From: a virus
Taxonomy: Duplodnaviria; Caudoviricetes
Length of the DNA: 64,000 nt
Direction: 5' to 3' (one strand)
Virus record (IMG/VR): IMGVR_UViG_3300010357_001370
Location: 10,927 to 74,926 of that record
Position numbers and translations under genes: made by a program. The notes beneath the pieces are model-generated. The model was not told where the DNA came from. It made no database searches and worked only from the letters and a program-made list of their open reading frames with translations. This document shows positions 1 through 9,643 of the stretch, in pieces (positions within the stretch are counted from its first letter, which is position 1; every line of letters begins with the position of its first letter).

Positions 1-1424
1 TTGAATACCGGGATGCCATAGATCTCGCCGACCTGGTGGCCACCAACGCGAGGCTGTGCGCCCTTGGTTGTGAAGCCGCTGTTGAGGCGGAGGTAGGACA
101 CGGCTGCAGGACCACCAACGATCCTGGAAACGCCACCACGGAGGATGTCGTTGAACATCGTGTCGCCAACGCGCTCAATTGCCTGCGAGAAGGTCTGAGC
201 AGTGTGGAGGTAGCTATCATCGGTGGTGTCACCAGATGCAGCGTTGAAGTGAATCGTGTACTTAGCCGGGTTAAGAGCCGCAGCCTGGTAAGCGATCTTG
301 ACGGCGCGGAAGTCCAGGGCCTTCTTGATTTCCTGGCCGGCATAGTCGACTAGGAGCTCCTCAGCGGAAACGCCGAAGGAGGTATCAAGAACAAGCTCGG
401 TGAGCTGGGACCAGGTAACGCCGATAGAAGTCGGGCGAGGCCTGAACCAGTAATCCGTCATGATTAGCTCGACTTCGCCGAGGTAATCACCCATGAAGTC
501 GCCTTCAGAGTTAAAGCGAGCGTAGCACTTCTTAACCTTGGAAGCATCGGCACCGGACAGCTTGTAGACGCCAGGGGCGACTGCAGCGATCGTGAGGTCG
601 AGGCCGGCCTTGACGAGCCACTCACCAGAATTGGAGAGGTTAGCACCGATCTTGGCCTGAACGGCGATTGGGTCGCGCTCACCAGCGTCACCAAAGAGAG
701 CGGCGTAGCCGTCGAGGTAACCGAGGTTAGCGAACTCAGCCTGTGCACCAGCCTCAGGGGCGGTGACGTTCTTCTGGCCGAAGAAAACGTAAGTACCAGC
801 GCTAGAAACTGTAACGTTGGTCTTGGCGATCATAACAGTGTCGCCGTCAGCGAGGGAACCGACTACACCGTTTGCAAGCTCGTGTACGTAACGATCTTCG
901 GTCGTCTCATACATAGCGCGGCGGTAGTCTGGGTTCTGGAGCTCAGCCTGTCCGTTGATGTTCCACGGATCGTTAGCATCTGCATCGGAGTCAAGGCCCT
1001 TAACACCGAAGGTTCGGTTGTTCATGTCATTGCCCCACTGCGTATTGGTATACACAGGGCGGATGTACTTGATAGAATCCTTAGCGGACTCCATGGCGAA
1101 CTCAGTAAAGATCTTGTTACGGATCGTGTTCGGGTATGCGAGGCGGACGAGGCGGAGCATGTTCTCCGGGGACAGGCCCTGGAAGCCCTGGCTCATCTGG
1201 GTCTCAGTAAGACGGCTCATGAAACGAGCCTGGTTCTCTAGATGGATTGCGAGGTTACGAGCATCAGACTCCTGAAGATTCTTGATGTTCTTTCCGACCT
1301 CGGGAATGCGTGCCCACTTCTCTACGAGCTTGTCAGCGCGGAAATTGCGCTCCTCTCTATAGAGCTTGTCGGTCACATTGTCCCTGACAGTCGGAGTACC
1401 AGCCATTCGGGAAGTTACACCCAT
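1..1424 (-). CDS. Major capsid protein, T4 gp23-like (3' end runs off the window)
   Basis: Not in the ORF track because it has no stop inside the window. Manual translation from ATG 1424 (RBS AAGGAG): MGVTSRMAG...KLVEKWARIPE...LAIHLENQARF...MLRLVRLAYPNTIR...KYIRPVY, later GVSAEELLVDYAGQEIKKALD and HQVGEIYGIPVF. These match gp23 hallmark segments, and the gene lies downstream of the prohead protease. Confidence 0.88.
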   Translation of the reverse strand, partial: MGVTSRMAGTPTVRDNVTDKLYREERNFRADKLVEKWARIPEVGKNIKNLQESDARNLAIHLENQARFMSRLTETQMSQGFQGLSPENMLRLVRLAYPNTIRNKIFTEFAMESAKDSIKYIRPVYTNTQWGNDMNNRTFGVKGLDSDADANDPWNINGQAELQNPDYRRAMYETTEDRYVHELANGVVGSLADGDTVMIAKTNVTVSSAGTYVFFGQKNVTAPEAGAQAEFANLGYLDGYAALFGDAGERDPIAVQAKIGANLSNSGEWLVKAGLDLTIAAVAPGVYKLSGADASKVKKCYARFNSEGDFMGDYLGEVELIMTDYWFRPRPTSIGVTWSQLTELVLDTSFGVSAEELLVDYAGQEIKKALDFRAVKIAYQAAALNPAKYTIHFNAASGDTTDDSYLHTAQTFSQAIERVGDTMFNDILRGGVSRIVGGPAAVSYLRLNSGFTTKGAQPRVGGHQVGEIYGIPVF

Positions 1425-1611
1425 GATTGTTCTCCTTGTTGGGTTGCGTAAATGTGTCTATAGAGGAATCTAGGTTTTAAGTACCACGCTCTCGCGCGTC
1501 ACACCGCTTTGTAGCATCTAAAGCTAATCAGGTCCGTCATATCAGATCGGTCATTCGGGGCAGGTTTATCCCCTTGGGCATATATGTGTGTACCCTAATT
1601 CTCTCACATTT

Positions 1612-1619
1612 TAATTAGT
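1612..1619 (-). promoter_or_regulatory. Candidate late-promoter motif ACTAATTA upstream of the major capsid gene
   Basis: The same ACTAAYTW motif recurs upstream of the protease, portal and other late genes. Confidence 0.4.
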
Positions 1620-1649
1620 GGCACCTCTTGTAGAGGTGTAATAATAGAG

Positions 1650-2591
1650 TTATTGGACTGGCTTTTGTAAAAGATTGTTAAAAGCTTGTCCAATCGGTCC
1701 GTTCTTAGGCGCACGAGCTAGTGCTTGAACAAAGGCTTGCGCGGCTTGGGGGTTAGCATCTAAAGCCTTCTTTAGATCATCCGGGCTATTCACAGCCGTA
1801 GGTGCGCCTGCAACAGCTTGAGGGGAGCTATTTTGCTGAGTAGCTCCTGTCACATTCTTTAACTGGTCTACAGATGGCATATCTGGAATATTGATTCCTA
1901 GGTTTCCTGCTACCTGTACGAGCTTTTGCAAGATCTGCTGGCCTTTCTGGTCTTTTGCAAGAGCAGCTGGATCACTATATTTGCCTAAGAACTTTGTTAC
2001 GGCTTGTTTGAACTCTACAGTCTGATCCGAAGCGTCAGCTTCATATAGAGATTGAAGCCTCTTATATTCAGGATGCTTAAAAATTCCTTCAGCTGTACGC
2101 TGCTGCATATTTACGTCTGGCTGCGCAGGTGTTGTAGGAGTCGCCTGCTGAGTGGGCTGAGTAGGCTCCGGTTGGTTAGCGAAGGTCTGCAGAGCCTGTA
2201 AAGCAGCTGTGAAGACTTCAATAGGCTCAGTTAGATCATTCATAAGATCTGAAGGACTGGCACTATTAGCCTGACCTACTTGCGCGAATTGCGCTTCTAA
2301 ATCTGCGGCTTGGCCAGCTTTCTGAAATTGCTGCTCGAGGTTCTGCGGTTGAGTCGGAATCGGAGCTGTTGCAGCTTTTTGTTGAACTGCTTGCTGTCCA
2401 GCTTTAACTGCTTGCTGAATTCCTTGAGGAACAACCTTTTTTGCAGTATTTACAGCTGCAGTTTTAAGTTGCTGCCCAATATTCTGGGCAGCTCCTCTCA
2501 TAAAAGTACCGACAGTTCCAGCTTCCTCGATCGAATCGAGCTCGGGGAATTGGGAATGTAGGCTCTCTACTATCTTAACTGCGTTATCCAT
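1650..2591 (-). CDS. Hypothetical Q/A/P-rich protein, possible internal head protein
   Basis: 313-aa ORF between protease and capsid genes, start overlaps the upstream stop; IVES/IEEA/LYEA motifs. Confidence 0.55.
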   Translation of the reverse strand: MDNAVKIVESLHSQFPELDSIEEAGTVGTFMRGAAQNIGQQLKTAAVNTAKKVVPQGIQQAVKAGQQAVQQKAATAPIPTQPQNLEQQFQKAGQAADLEAQFAQVGQANSASPSDLMNDLTEPIEVFTAALQALQTFANQPEPTQPTQQATPTTPAQPDVNMQQRTAEGIFKHPEYKRLQSLYEADASDQTVEFKQAVTKFLGKYSDPAALAKDQKGQQILQKLVQVAGNLGINIPDMPSVDQLKNVTGATQQNSSPQAVAGAPTAVNSPDDLKKALDANPQAAQAFVQALARAPKNGPIGQAFNNLLQKPVQ

Positions 2592-4249
2592 TATGATGCC
2601 GTTCCTAGCTTAAATGATGTAATCTTTGGGAGATCCTTAGCAGCTGCCTTTAAGGAAGCAAAGTCCTTAAGCTGGCGCCACTGACCATTTGCCATGTAGA
2701 AAAGCTTACCCGCTGAAGCAAGGCCTTTTTCGATAGCGTCTGGTCTATTCTCGCTTTCTACAGCCTGAAGAGTCTTTAGAACGTTAACGCAGGTGGTGCT
2801 AACCATTTTCTTAGCATCTTCACCTTCAAATCCTACAGTATTCTTAAGTTGCTTGTTTCTAATAGCCTTGGAAATAGCTCCGACGCCAGATAGCCCCAGT
2901 AGCGCTGCGAATCCCGCTACAGCTGCAATAGCAATGCCGAGAGCAGGATCACTCTCCGCAACCTGCATAATTTCACCTGTACCGGTAGCTGCTGCTAGCT
3001 GAGGTTGAAACTGAGGATCATCGGGATCGTGTCCTCCAGCTGGGAGTGACGACGAGGCCGTAGGAGTTAGCTGAGCAGGAGGGATAGATGGAATAGCTGT
3101 AACAAGCGTTGCAGGATCTACCCCAACGGTAGTAGCTACGTCTAAGGGTTCGATTCCTTCCATTCCGATTGGAGTAGGTTCTGGAAGCTCTCCTATAGGA
3201 GCTGTCGGAAGTTCTCCTCCTGGCATGGTTTGATTAAGCTTCCCAATTTGCTGATCTAACATTGTGCTAAAGTCTGGTGATCCATCCGGGAGGGTCGGGG
3301 TAGCTGCTGGAGTAGGGGCTGATTGAGCTCCTTGAGCCTGAAGTCTATCCCACTCTGCGGTAGGTAGAGGAGTACCAGCGGTAGCCTGGGCTACAGGAGC
3401 CGGAGTTGGGGCTGCTGGAGTTGGAGAAGCAACCGGAGGCGCTGGCAGGCTAGCAACTACACTTTGCGCATCTCTACCGAATAGATTCTGCTGTGCAAAG
3501 GACTGAGCTTGTGCCGGAGTGTACCCTTTTGCCATCGCAGCTTGATAGATTTGATTGAATTTAGCATCTAGCGCTGCCTGAAGAGAAGCTGTACTCTCAT
3601 CTTCAAAGAGCCTCGGAACATGAATAATGGCGCTAGCAGCTACTGCTGATTCTGCTAATGCTAACCCGTTTTGCTTAGCCCATTGTCGGATATTTGCACC
3701 GTACTGCTCACTCCCAGCAAGTTTACGTAAGAAATCTAATGCAGCTGCGTTGTTATTTTTTGCAGCAGCTAAAAGATCTCCCCAGGACATCTGCTTGGAG
3801 CCTGTCGGAGTCTGCTGAGTCTGAGGTGAAAGCTGCTTATTTGCCCAGTTGTTTAGCTTATTGCCAGTTACTTGACCGATCTTAGCTCCGCCCATACGAC
3901 CGCCAACCCCACCGGCTACGGCCCCTACTCCGCCAAGAGCGGATCCGAGAGCAGCGCCACCAATTCCACCGGCTACGCTACCTACCATTGGTAGTGCCTT
4001 AGCGACAGCCTGTGCACCCTTAGCGAGCCATTGCGGTGCGGCTTCCATAAGCTTAGATGCTGCACGAATAAATTCTGCGTCATTTTCTAGAAGAAGATGA
4101 ACTTCATCTATTTGAGTGCGCATTTCGGGAATACGGTATAGAGCTCTGATAGTTTTATCGGAGCTTTCATTCAAAAGGTATGCGGTACGAAGAAGGGCTT
4201 GCTTATGAGATACCCCGTTCCCTTCTAGAAACATTCGAAGTTCTGTCAT
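2591..4249 (-). CDS. Hypothetical A/G/P-rich protein, possible internal head or ejected protein
   Basis: 552 aa; LNES, LMEA, LAES motifs; Gly-rich hydrophobic stretch and a late hydrophobic segment; head-module position. Confidence 0.55.
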   Translation of the reverse strand: MTELRMFLEGNGVSHKQALLRTAYLLNESSDKTIRALYRIPEMRTQIDEVHLLLENDAEFIRAASKLMEAAPQWLAKGAQAVAKALPMVGSVAGGIGGAALGSALGGVGAVAGGVGGRMGGAKIGQVTGNKLNNWANKQLSPQTQQTPTGSKQMSWGDLLAAAKNNNAAALDFLRKLAGSEQYGANIRQWAKQNGLALAESAVAASAIIHVPRLFEDESTASLQAALDAKFNQIYQAAMAKGYTPAQAQSFAQQNLFGRDAQSVVASLPAPPVASPTPAAPTPAPVAQATAGTPLPTAEWDRLQAQGAQSAPTPAATPTLPDGSPDFSTMLDQQIGKLNQTMPGGELPTAPIGELPEPTPIGMEGIEPLDVATTVGVDPATLVTAIPSIPPAQLTPTASSSLPAGGHDPDDPQFQPQLAAATGTGEIMQVAESDPALGIAIAAVAGFAALLGLSGVGAISKAIRNKQLKNTVGFEGEDAKKMVSTTCVNVLKTLQAVESENRPDAIEKGLASAGKLFYMANGQWRQLKDFASLKAAAKDLPKITSFKLGTAS

Positions 4250-4842
4250 TATGCTACTCCTGCGGCATCTTCAGCTGGGGTATCCTGAGGATCTTGCTTA
4301 GCTTCAGGGGGGAGATCTCGAGCTTTCCAGTCCGGGAATACCTGTGCTCCGAGTTTATTGAGTTTATCGAGATTTACCCACTTCCACTTAGAGTAATCAA
4401 GGCCACCTTCTGCTTTCCAGAGCTGGCCGATCGTTCCTTTAACTGCAGCAGGAGCTGTTCCATCATTAACCTGAGCAATGAGCTTACGAACAAGATCATC
4501 GAAATAATTTTTGGTATCTTCGAGGTTCTGAATGTCTAACGGTCCACCTTCTTGAGGTTCCTCGACTGTTGAAGAGGTCGGGGATTTAGCTACCGTAGCA
4601 CCGGGATTCTCGAAGGCTTGAATCAGCGAAGTAATCATTTCATCGGAAATACCAGTAACGCCTGCCGCAAAATTCGTAGCGGCGCTACCGATTCCACGGC
4701 CGATCGCCTTTGCTCCTCGGCCTATGTTACCGATGCCGCGACCTATAGAACTAGCAAGTCCTTCATCTAATTCTAGGCTTTCCTCAAGTTCTGGAAAAGC
4801 AGAGTGTAGCTGCTCAAGCAGAGTTTCTACAGGTTGCGACAT
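4249..4842 (-). CDS. Hypothetical protein, possible internal head protein
   Basis: 197 aa; LEES/LDEG followed by IGRGIG repeats; RBS GAGGAG. Confidence 0.55.
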   Translation of the reverse strand: MSQPVETLLEQLHSAFPELEESLELDEGLASSIGRGIGNIGRGAKAIGRGIGSAATNFAAGVTGISDEMITSLIQAFENPGATVAKSPTSSTVEEPQEGGPLDIQNLEDTKNYFDDLVRKLIAQVNDGTAPAAVKGTIGQLWKAEGGLDYSKWKWVNLDKLNKLGAQVFPDWKARDLPPEAKQDPQDTPAEDAAGVA

Positions 4843-4898
4843 TGCGGTTACTCCTCATCTAGTTCAAGTTTTCTATAATATGTGAACGCTTAAAATAA

Positions 4899-6875
4899 TT
4901 ACTGCGCCCAGCTCTTATTGCGTTCGAGAACACCCTTTTCTTCACCGAAATGCATACCGGCTTCCTCGAGAGCCTTTAGACGCTCGCTGCGAGGAATAGC
5001 TGTAGACTCTGGAAGTCTAGAAGCAGCAACCGCTCGTGCGCTCTCATCAATCATCGGCTGAATCTTAAGGAAGGAAGAATAAGCTTCACGGTAGGTCTTC
5101 TGAGTACGGATCTGGTGCTCGTATGGCAAAATAGACTCACCATAGCGTGAAAGCAGGTCTGTCCAGTAATTCTCAACTGCGAGACCGCCGCCTTCCTTGA
5201 AGTTTAGACGACCGCGAACATCCTCGCGCTCTGCAAACTTCGGCTGAAGTTTAGGAGTGCTGGCTTCCAGGATTTCCTTCTTGTAATTCTCAAATTCCTC
5301 AGCAAGAGCAGCTTTAGAAGCGTCAGTCTCCTGAAGGGACTTCTGAAGACGAGCAACCTGAGCGGTGAGGGACTCAATTAAAGCCTTAGCCTCAGTCATA
5401 AGAGTCTCGTACCCAAGCTTTTCTTTTCCGATAGATTCAACAAGACTCTTACGATCTGTTGCAACCTTTTCGGCTACGCGGACGCGCTCTTCGAGAGACT
5501 TCTTCTCCTGAACAAGGCGAGCAGCAGTGGAAGCAGCTTCAGTAAGCTTCTTCTCAAGAATAGCGCCAGAAGCCTGAGCTTCTTTAAGCTGATTCTCGAT
5601 AGCCTTCGTTTCCTCGTTGTAAGCAAACAGCTGTCGACGTCGCTGAGCTTCTAGGAAAGCCACGCGGCTAGCTAGACCCTCGACAACCTTCGGCGTCGGG
5701 CGTGCTGCGAGCTCGGCCTGAGCAGCTGTGAGACCTTCACGAAGCTTCTGATTGTTCTCCTTCATAGCGAGAGCAATCTTCTCCCAATCCTTAGCCTCAG
5801 CTGCGGCGACCTTGACTTCCTCTGCGAGAAGAGCAACGCCTACCTTGAGCTTCTCGGTATTATCGATACCGAAAGTCTCTTGAACTTTCTGAGCTTCAGT
5901 GAGTAGCTTCTCAAGCTCAGCCTTTTCCTGGAGGATTCTCTCCTCCACCATCGCGCGAAGATCAGGGGCGGCACCTTCGTTGAAGAAGCCGAGGATATCA
6001 GTAAGCTCGGCAAGGCGGGCCTGAGGGCTCTCCATCTTTCCGGCATCCTCAATGTACCTGCTGACATCGCGTCGGAACTTCTTTTCCTCCTGGGAACTGA
6101 TCGGCGATGCCTTTACAGTGCCTTCAGTGAGGACAGTGTCATTCTGATCCATGCGATTCTCCTTTATTCTAACACTTTCGTGTTGTACCTGCGTAAGATT
6201 TGGTTTGCGTTCACCAGTACCGCCTTTAGTGATTTCCTGTGGACTATACTCTACATTTAGTGCATCTCCAGCTTCACCGAAGACATCCTGAGAAGGATTA
6301 AGTACGATGTCGGCGCATCGTTCAAGAACGTAAGATTCTGGGTCTACTGTTTCGCGGTCAGCCATTAGCTCACCGAAGCCAGAAGACGAGAATCCAATAC
6401 GCCCACCCTTGCTGATAATATCCTTAGCGAGAGCTCCGTAATCACCGACAAAAGTACCGACAGCCCAAACTAGCTTGTTTGCGTCGTCGATCTCCATGTC
6501 GAGCCACACGATAGCCGCATTCTTAAATTCTCCGTCAGAATCCTCCGGCGGGTGGTCAGCGAGACCGACGCGGCCTTTCCATTCGTGCTGCTGATTCTGA
6601 ATAACGTTTTCCCAGAGCTTACGAACATATTTGCGCTTATTCTGATTAGGCTTTTGATCGTTAATACGAGAGATAGGGAATCGATAGAGATCAATCTCTT
6701 CCCCGCCTTCTGTCTTCTCAGTTAGCTTCTGGAAGCCAGGAATATCACTTACGCGACTAATAGCTTCCTTATATCGTTCGCGAAGTTCCGGAGTGCTATT
6801 GACGTGTTCGCAGTACTTTGCCGCTACAGAATACGTCTCAATAAATCGCTGTAGTGGTTTTCCTACTCTCTCCAT
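4899..6875 (-). CDS. Prohead protease (T4 gp21-like) fused to a long coiled-coil, scaffold-like domain
   Basis: NQNKRKY, GLADHP, GRIGFSSSGFGEL and ADIVLNPS match gp21 family motifs (His/Ser catalytic). About 400 aa of E/K/A-rich heptad sequence follows. Confidence 0.85.
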   Translation of the reverse strand: MERVGKPLQRFIETYSVAAKYCEHVNSTPELRERYKEAISRVSDIPGFQKLTEKTEGGEEIDLYRFPISRINDQKPNQNKRKYVRKLWENVIQNQQHEWKGRVGLADHPPEDSDGEFKNAAIVWLDMEIDDANKLVWAVGTFVGDYGALAKDIISKGGRIGFSSSGFGELMADRETVDPESYVLERCADIVLNPSQDVFGEAGDALNVEYSPQEITKGGTGERKPNLTQVQHESVRIKENRMDQNDTVLTEGTVKASPISSQEEKKFRRDVSRYIEDAGKMESPQARLAELTDILGFFNEGAAPDLRAMVEERILQEKAELEKLLTEAQKVQETFGIDNTEKLKVGVALLAEEVKVAAAEAKDWEKIALAMKENNQKLREGLTAAQAELAARPTPKVVEGLASRVAFLEAQRRRQLFAYNEETKAIENQLKEAQASGAILEKKLTEAASTAARLVQEKKSLEERVRVAEKVATDRKSLVESIGKEKLGYETLMTEAKALIESLTAQVARLQKSLQETDASKAALAEEFENYKKEILEASTPKLQPKFAEREDVRGRLNFKEGGGLAVENYWTDLLSRYGESILPYEHQIRTQKTYREAYSSFLKIQPMIDESARAVAASRLPESTAIPRSERLKALEEAGMHFGEEKGVLERNKSWAQ

Positions 6876-6920
6876 GCGAAACTCCTTCTTCTATCTTGTT
6901 GTAGAAATAGCTCGTACTTA

Positions 6921-6928
6921 TAGTTAGT
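6921..6928 (-). promoter_or_regulatory. Candidate late-promoter motif ACTAACTA upstream of the prohead protease
   Basis: Intergenic, 46 bp upstream of the ATG; recurring motif. Confidence 0.4.
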
Positions 6929-6957
6929 ATCCGCCAAGAAGAAAATATGAAACACAT

Positions 6958-6983
6958 AAAAAAGCCATCCTTCTAAGGATGGC
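6958..6983 (-). terminator. Intrinsic terminator
   Basis: 9-bp stem GCCATCCTT/AAGGATGGC followed by a T6 tract on the minus strand. Confidence 0.75.
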
Positions 6984-7003
6984 CTGCTGTCGTAGTCGTT
7001 GGG

Positions 7004-7204
7004 TTATTTCAAGTTATGCTCGAACTCCAATACTCGCTTTGTAAGCTCTAATGATCGTCTCATTAAGTTAAACTCAACTGAGTAATTGCATCCCTCCATG
7101 ATCGCGGACATTTCATCCAGTCTTTCCGGATTGTTCAAAAGATTCCGAAACTCAGGGTACAGCTCCCTATCGCGATCAAGTACCTCATGAATGGTTCGAG
7201 CCAT
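7004..7204 (-). CDS. Hypothetical protein
   Basis: 66-aa ORF with RBS AAGGAG. Confidence 0.55.
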   Translation of the reverse strand: MARTIHEVLDRDRELYPEFRNLLNNPERLDEMSAIMEGCNYSVEFNLMRRSLELTKRVLEFEHNLK

Positions 7205-7257
7205 GACGTGTTACAAACTCCTTTATACCGCTACTTGGCGGTGACCTTAATATACCA

Positions 7258-8808
7258 CTAGTTCTTAGGATAGGGACTTATTCGCAAACTGAGCTGCTCC
7301 TGGACTAGCGCAGCGTTAAACGCTTCATAGCGAGCAACAATTTCTTTAATCTCGGCAGGAGGAACTGCGATTTCCTTGATTGGTCTACCGATGTAGTAGC
7401 CTTGAGCAAAATCCATTCCTAACCGTAAACAAGTTTCAAATTCTGGCTTGGTTTCAATACCTTCTGCAAGAACTAAGGTACCTAGTCCACGAGCGAACGA
7501 TACCGTATTTTCGTATACTTGCTGCTTATCGATATTTGTAGCTATCCCCTCAATCAGCTCGTGAGAGATCTTTACGATGTCCGGTTTAGAATTGAGAAGA
7601 GCTAAGTGATTCGAATACCCAGTACCGAAGTCGTCTAAGGCGATCAGTGCATTTAGCTTTGCAATCGTCTTATCTAGCAACGACATTACTTCAGGGAAAA
7701 CTTCGCCGCGTTCGATAATCTCTATAACGAACTTGATATTATCGAATACCCCTTGAGCTATGGGTTCGTCGTATATCCTCTTCTTGATGCTCTCCGGAGC
7801 CAGATTGATGAATAATCTAGATTGCTCGGCATTCAAGTTTCTAAAGGATTGAATAGCTGTTAGCGTCATCAAAAACTCTAGCTGCGTATATACCCCAAGA
7901 ATTTCAGCATCGTCTAGAAGCTCAGCGATGTTCCTAAACGCAGGGTTTGTTGGTCGTGTTAAGGCTTCATACCCATACAGCTCACCATCGTTACAGGAGA
8001 TGATGGGTTGGAATACAGTTGTAATTTGTGCATTCTCGATCACCTCATAAACGTGATGTCGGCGCTTAACAATAACTTGATAGTCTAGATACCTTGGCAG
8101 ATCAAAGAGAACAGCAGACGCCCCTTCATTTTGGCCTGCTTCTAAAGAAGCAAACTTAGCATACGTAGTTAACAGCTCCACATCTGTTGTATGCTCGATC
8201 GGTGCGATGCCTATCGAAACTTCAAACGTTCCTCGAATACTCCCTTCTGTATCTAGCTCGTATGTTTTTTCTGCTAAAACTTCTGCAAGATGCTGGAACT
8301 TCTGTTGAATGTCCTCAGCAGACCTGGGGAATTTTGTTATTGCAAGAAACTCGGCATCAGAAAATTGGTAGATATCTTGAATATAATTCTTAAAAACATC
8401 CTGGACAGCGAGAGCTCCAGCTCGTATATAAGAATTACTGATAGCTAACCCGTATCGTTCTAGATACTGATAGTATTCTTTGAGGCGAATGAATATATAT
8501 GCTGATGCTCCTCGAACTACTGTTTGAGGAATTTCTGTTTTTAGAGGTAGGCTTGTTACGGAATCGTGCACGTACCAAAATCGTGCCTTAGATGACGATT
8601 GTGCGAGTAAAACTAATAGCCCAATTAAGACAGCTAAGGCAACCGGAGACAATACCATATGGTAAATCTCTCCCCAATTTGCGTTTGGGGACAGGGTGAA
8701 CACAATGATATCTCGAATTGCTCCAAATGTCAAAAGCCCAGAAAGTAAGATAGCTGCAGCTACCGTAGTGCAAGTGCCTATCTTACTATAGAGTGTGTTC
8801 TTTTTCAT
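7258..8808 (-). CDS. Membrane-anchored degenerate-GGDEF/EAL c-di-GMP phosphodiesterase
   Basis: Two N-terminal hydrophobic helices; FQPI, YEALTR, FINL, IEIIE, ALDDFGTGYS, VKIS, LAEGIET and AQGYY motifs; the GGDEF position reads SDAEF and is followed by VSIGIA. Confidence 0.9.
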   Translation of the reverse strand: MKKNTLYSKIGTCTTVAAAILLSGLLTFGAIRDIIVFTLSPNANWGEIYHMVLSPVALAVLIGLLVLLAQSSSKARFWYVHDSVTSLPLKTEIPQTVVRGASAYIFIRLKEYYQYLERYGLAISNSYIRAGALAVQDVFKNYIQDIYQFSDAEFLAITKFPRSAEDIQQKFQHLAEVLAEKTYELDTEGSIRGTFEVSIGIAPIEHTTDVELLTTYAKFASLEAGQNEGASAVLFDLPRYLDYQVIVKRRHHVYEVIENAQITTVFQPIISCNDGELYGYEALTRPTNPAFRNIAELLDDAEILGVYTQLEFLMTLTAIQSFRNLNAEQSRLFINLAPESIKKRIYDEPIAQGVFDNIKFVIEIIERGEVFPEVMSLLDKTIAKLNALIALDDFGTGYSNHLALLNSKPDIVKISHELIEGIATNIDKQQVYENTVSFARGLGTLVLAEGIETKPEFETCLRLGMDFAQGYYIGRPIKEIAVPPAEIKEIVARYEAFNAALVQEQLSLRISPYPKN

Positions 8809-8849
8809 GTCCCTTCCCTACCCAAATTAGTCTGGGAAGGGCTGGGAGT

Positions 8850-9428
8850 TTAGTGGGAATTCTCGAGCTTTTCGAGAGATGCAAATGTATACCGTAACTG
8901 GAATTTAGCATCTGCTAAGGCATTATGCGCTCCGGCTACTTCAGCATAATCCGCCGGGTCGACGTTAGCGAAGGATACCATTGTTCGAAGGTCTACGTAG
9001 TCCCTATAGCCCCATGGGGTAGGGATGTTGCACAGGTCGAAAGCTCGATTGATGATTGGGAAATCAAACGAAGCATGACACCATACTCGAAACTTTTCCA
9101 CTTCACCAGGGCGGTGAATTCCGGTTCGAGTGGACGGAAAGTGGGAGAATAGCCAAGTACGAAAAGTGTTCAGAGCTTGGTCAATATCTACAGGAACCGG
9201 ATCTACTAGGCTTCGACGAACATCTTCAGCTTGCTTCAACCACCACATAACGGTGCTACCTGAGATAGTCATCCCGCGCTTCTGACACGAGTCTGCGTCT
9301 ACGTTGATAGAAAACTCATCGATAGGCTTTCGCAGCCGACGATCGAAAGCGATCGCTCCAATCTGAGTAATTGCCGCTGGAACTTTATTATCCAGAGTCT
9401 CGAGGTCAAGCATAATATCTAGAGTCAT
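8850..9428 (-). CDS. 3'-5' exonuclease, DEDD superfamily, phage type
   Basis: MLDLETL...ITQIGAIAFD, WWLKQ, SFDFPII, DLRT and HNALADA motifs. Confidence 0.8.
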   Translation of the reverse strand: MTLDIMLDLETLDNKVPAAITQIGAIAFDRRLRKPIDEFSINVDADSCQKRGMTISGSTVMWWLKQAEDVRRSLVDPVPVDIDQALNTFRTWLFSHFPSTRTGIHRPGEVEKFRVWCHASFDFPIINRAFDLCNIPTPWGYRDYVDLRTMVSFANVDPADYAEVAGAHNALADAKFQLRYTFASLEKLENSH

Positions 9429-9643
9429 ATTCCTATCTTTCTGGCTTTTAGCATAGCCTGCTTATCAGCTTTACGTCTCTTTTTAGTTTCAAGATGAGGA
9501 AGAATTACGGCTCTTTCCCACCACCCGTCCCATTCTCCGCCAGGGCCCTCTTCTTGAAGACGAATAAAGAAGACCTTGGGACGGTGCCACCATACATAGC
9601 CTCTAGTAAAATCCCAGAGAAGTTTAATTGTAGCTAATTTCAA
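9425..9643 (-). CDS. Hypothetical protein
   Basis: 72 aa, overlap-coupled within the operon. Confidence 0.5.
   Translation of the reverse strand: MKLATIKLLWDFTRGYVWWHRPKVFFIRLQEEGPGGEWDGWWERAVILPHLETKKRRKADKQAMLKARKIGI

Noticed and set aside
1425-1620. c-di-GMP riboswitch in the capsid leader (prompted by the EAL gene)
   Set aside because: I could not find the class I or II consensus elements.
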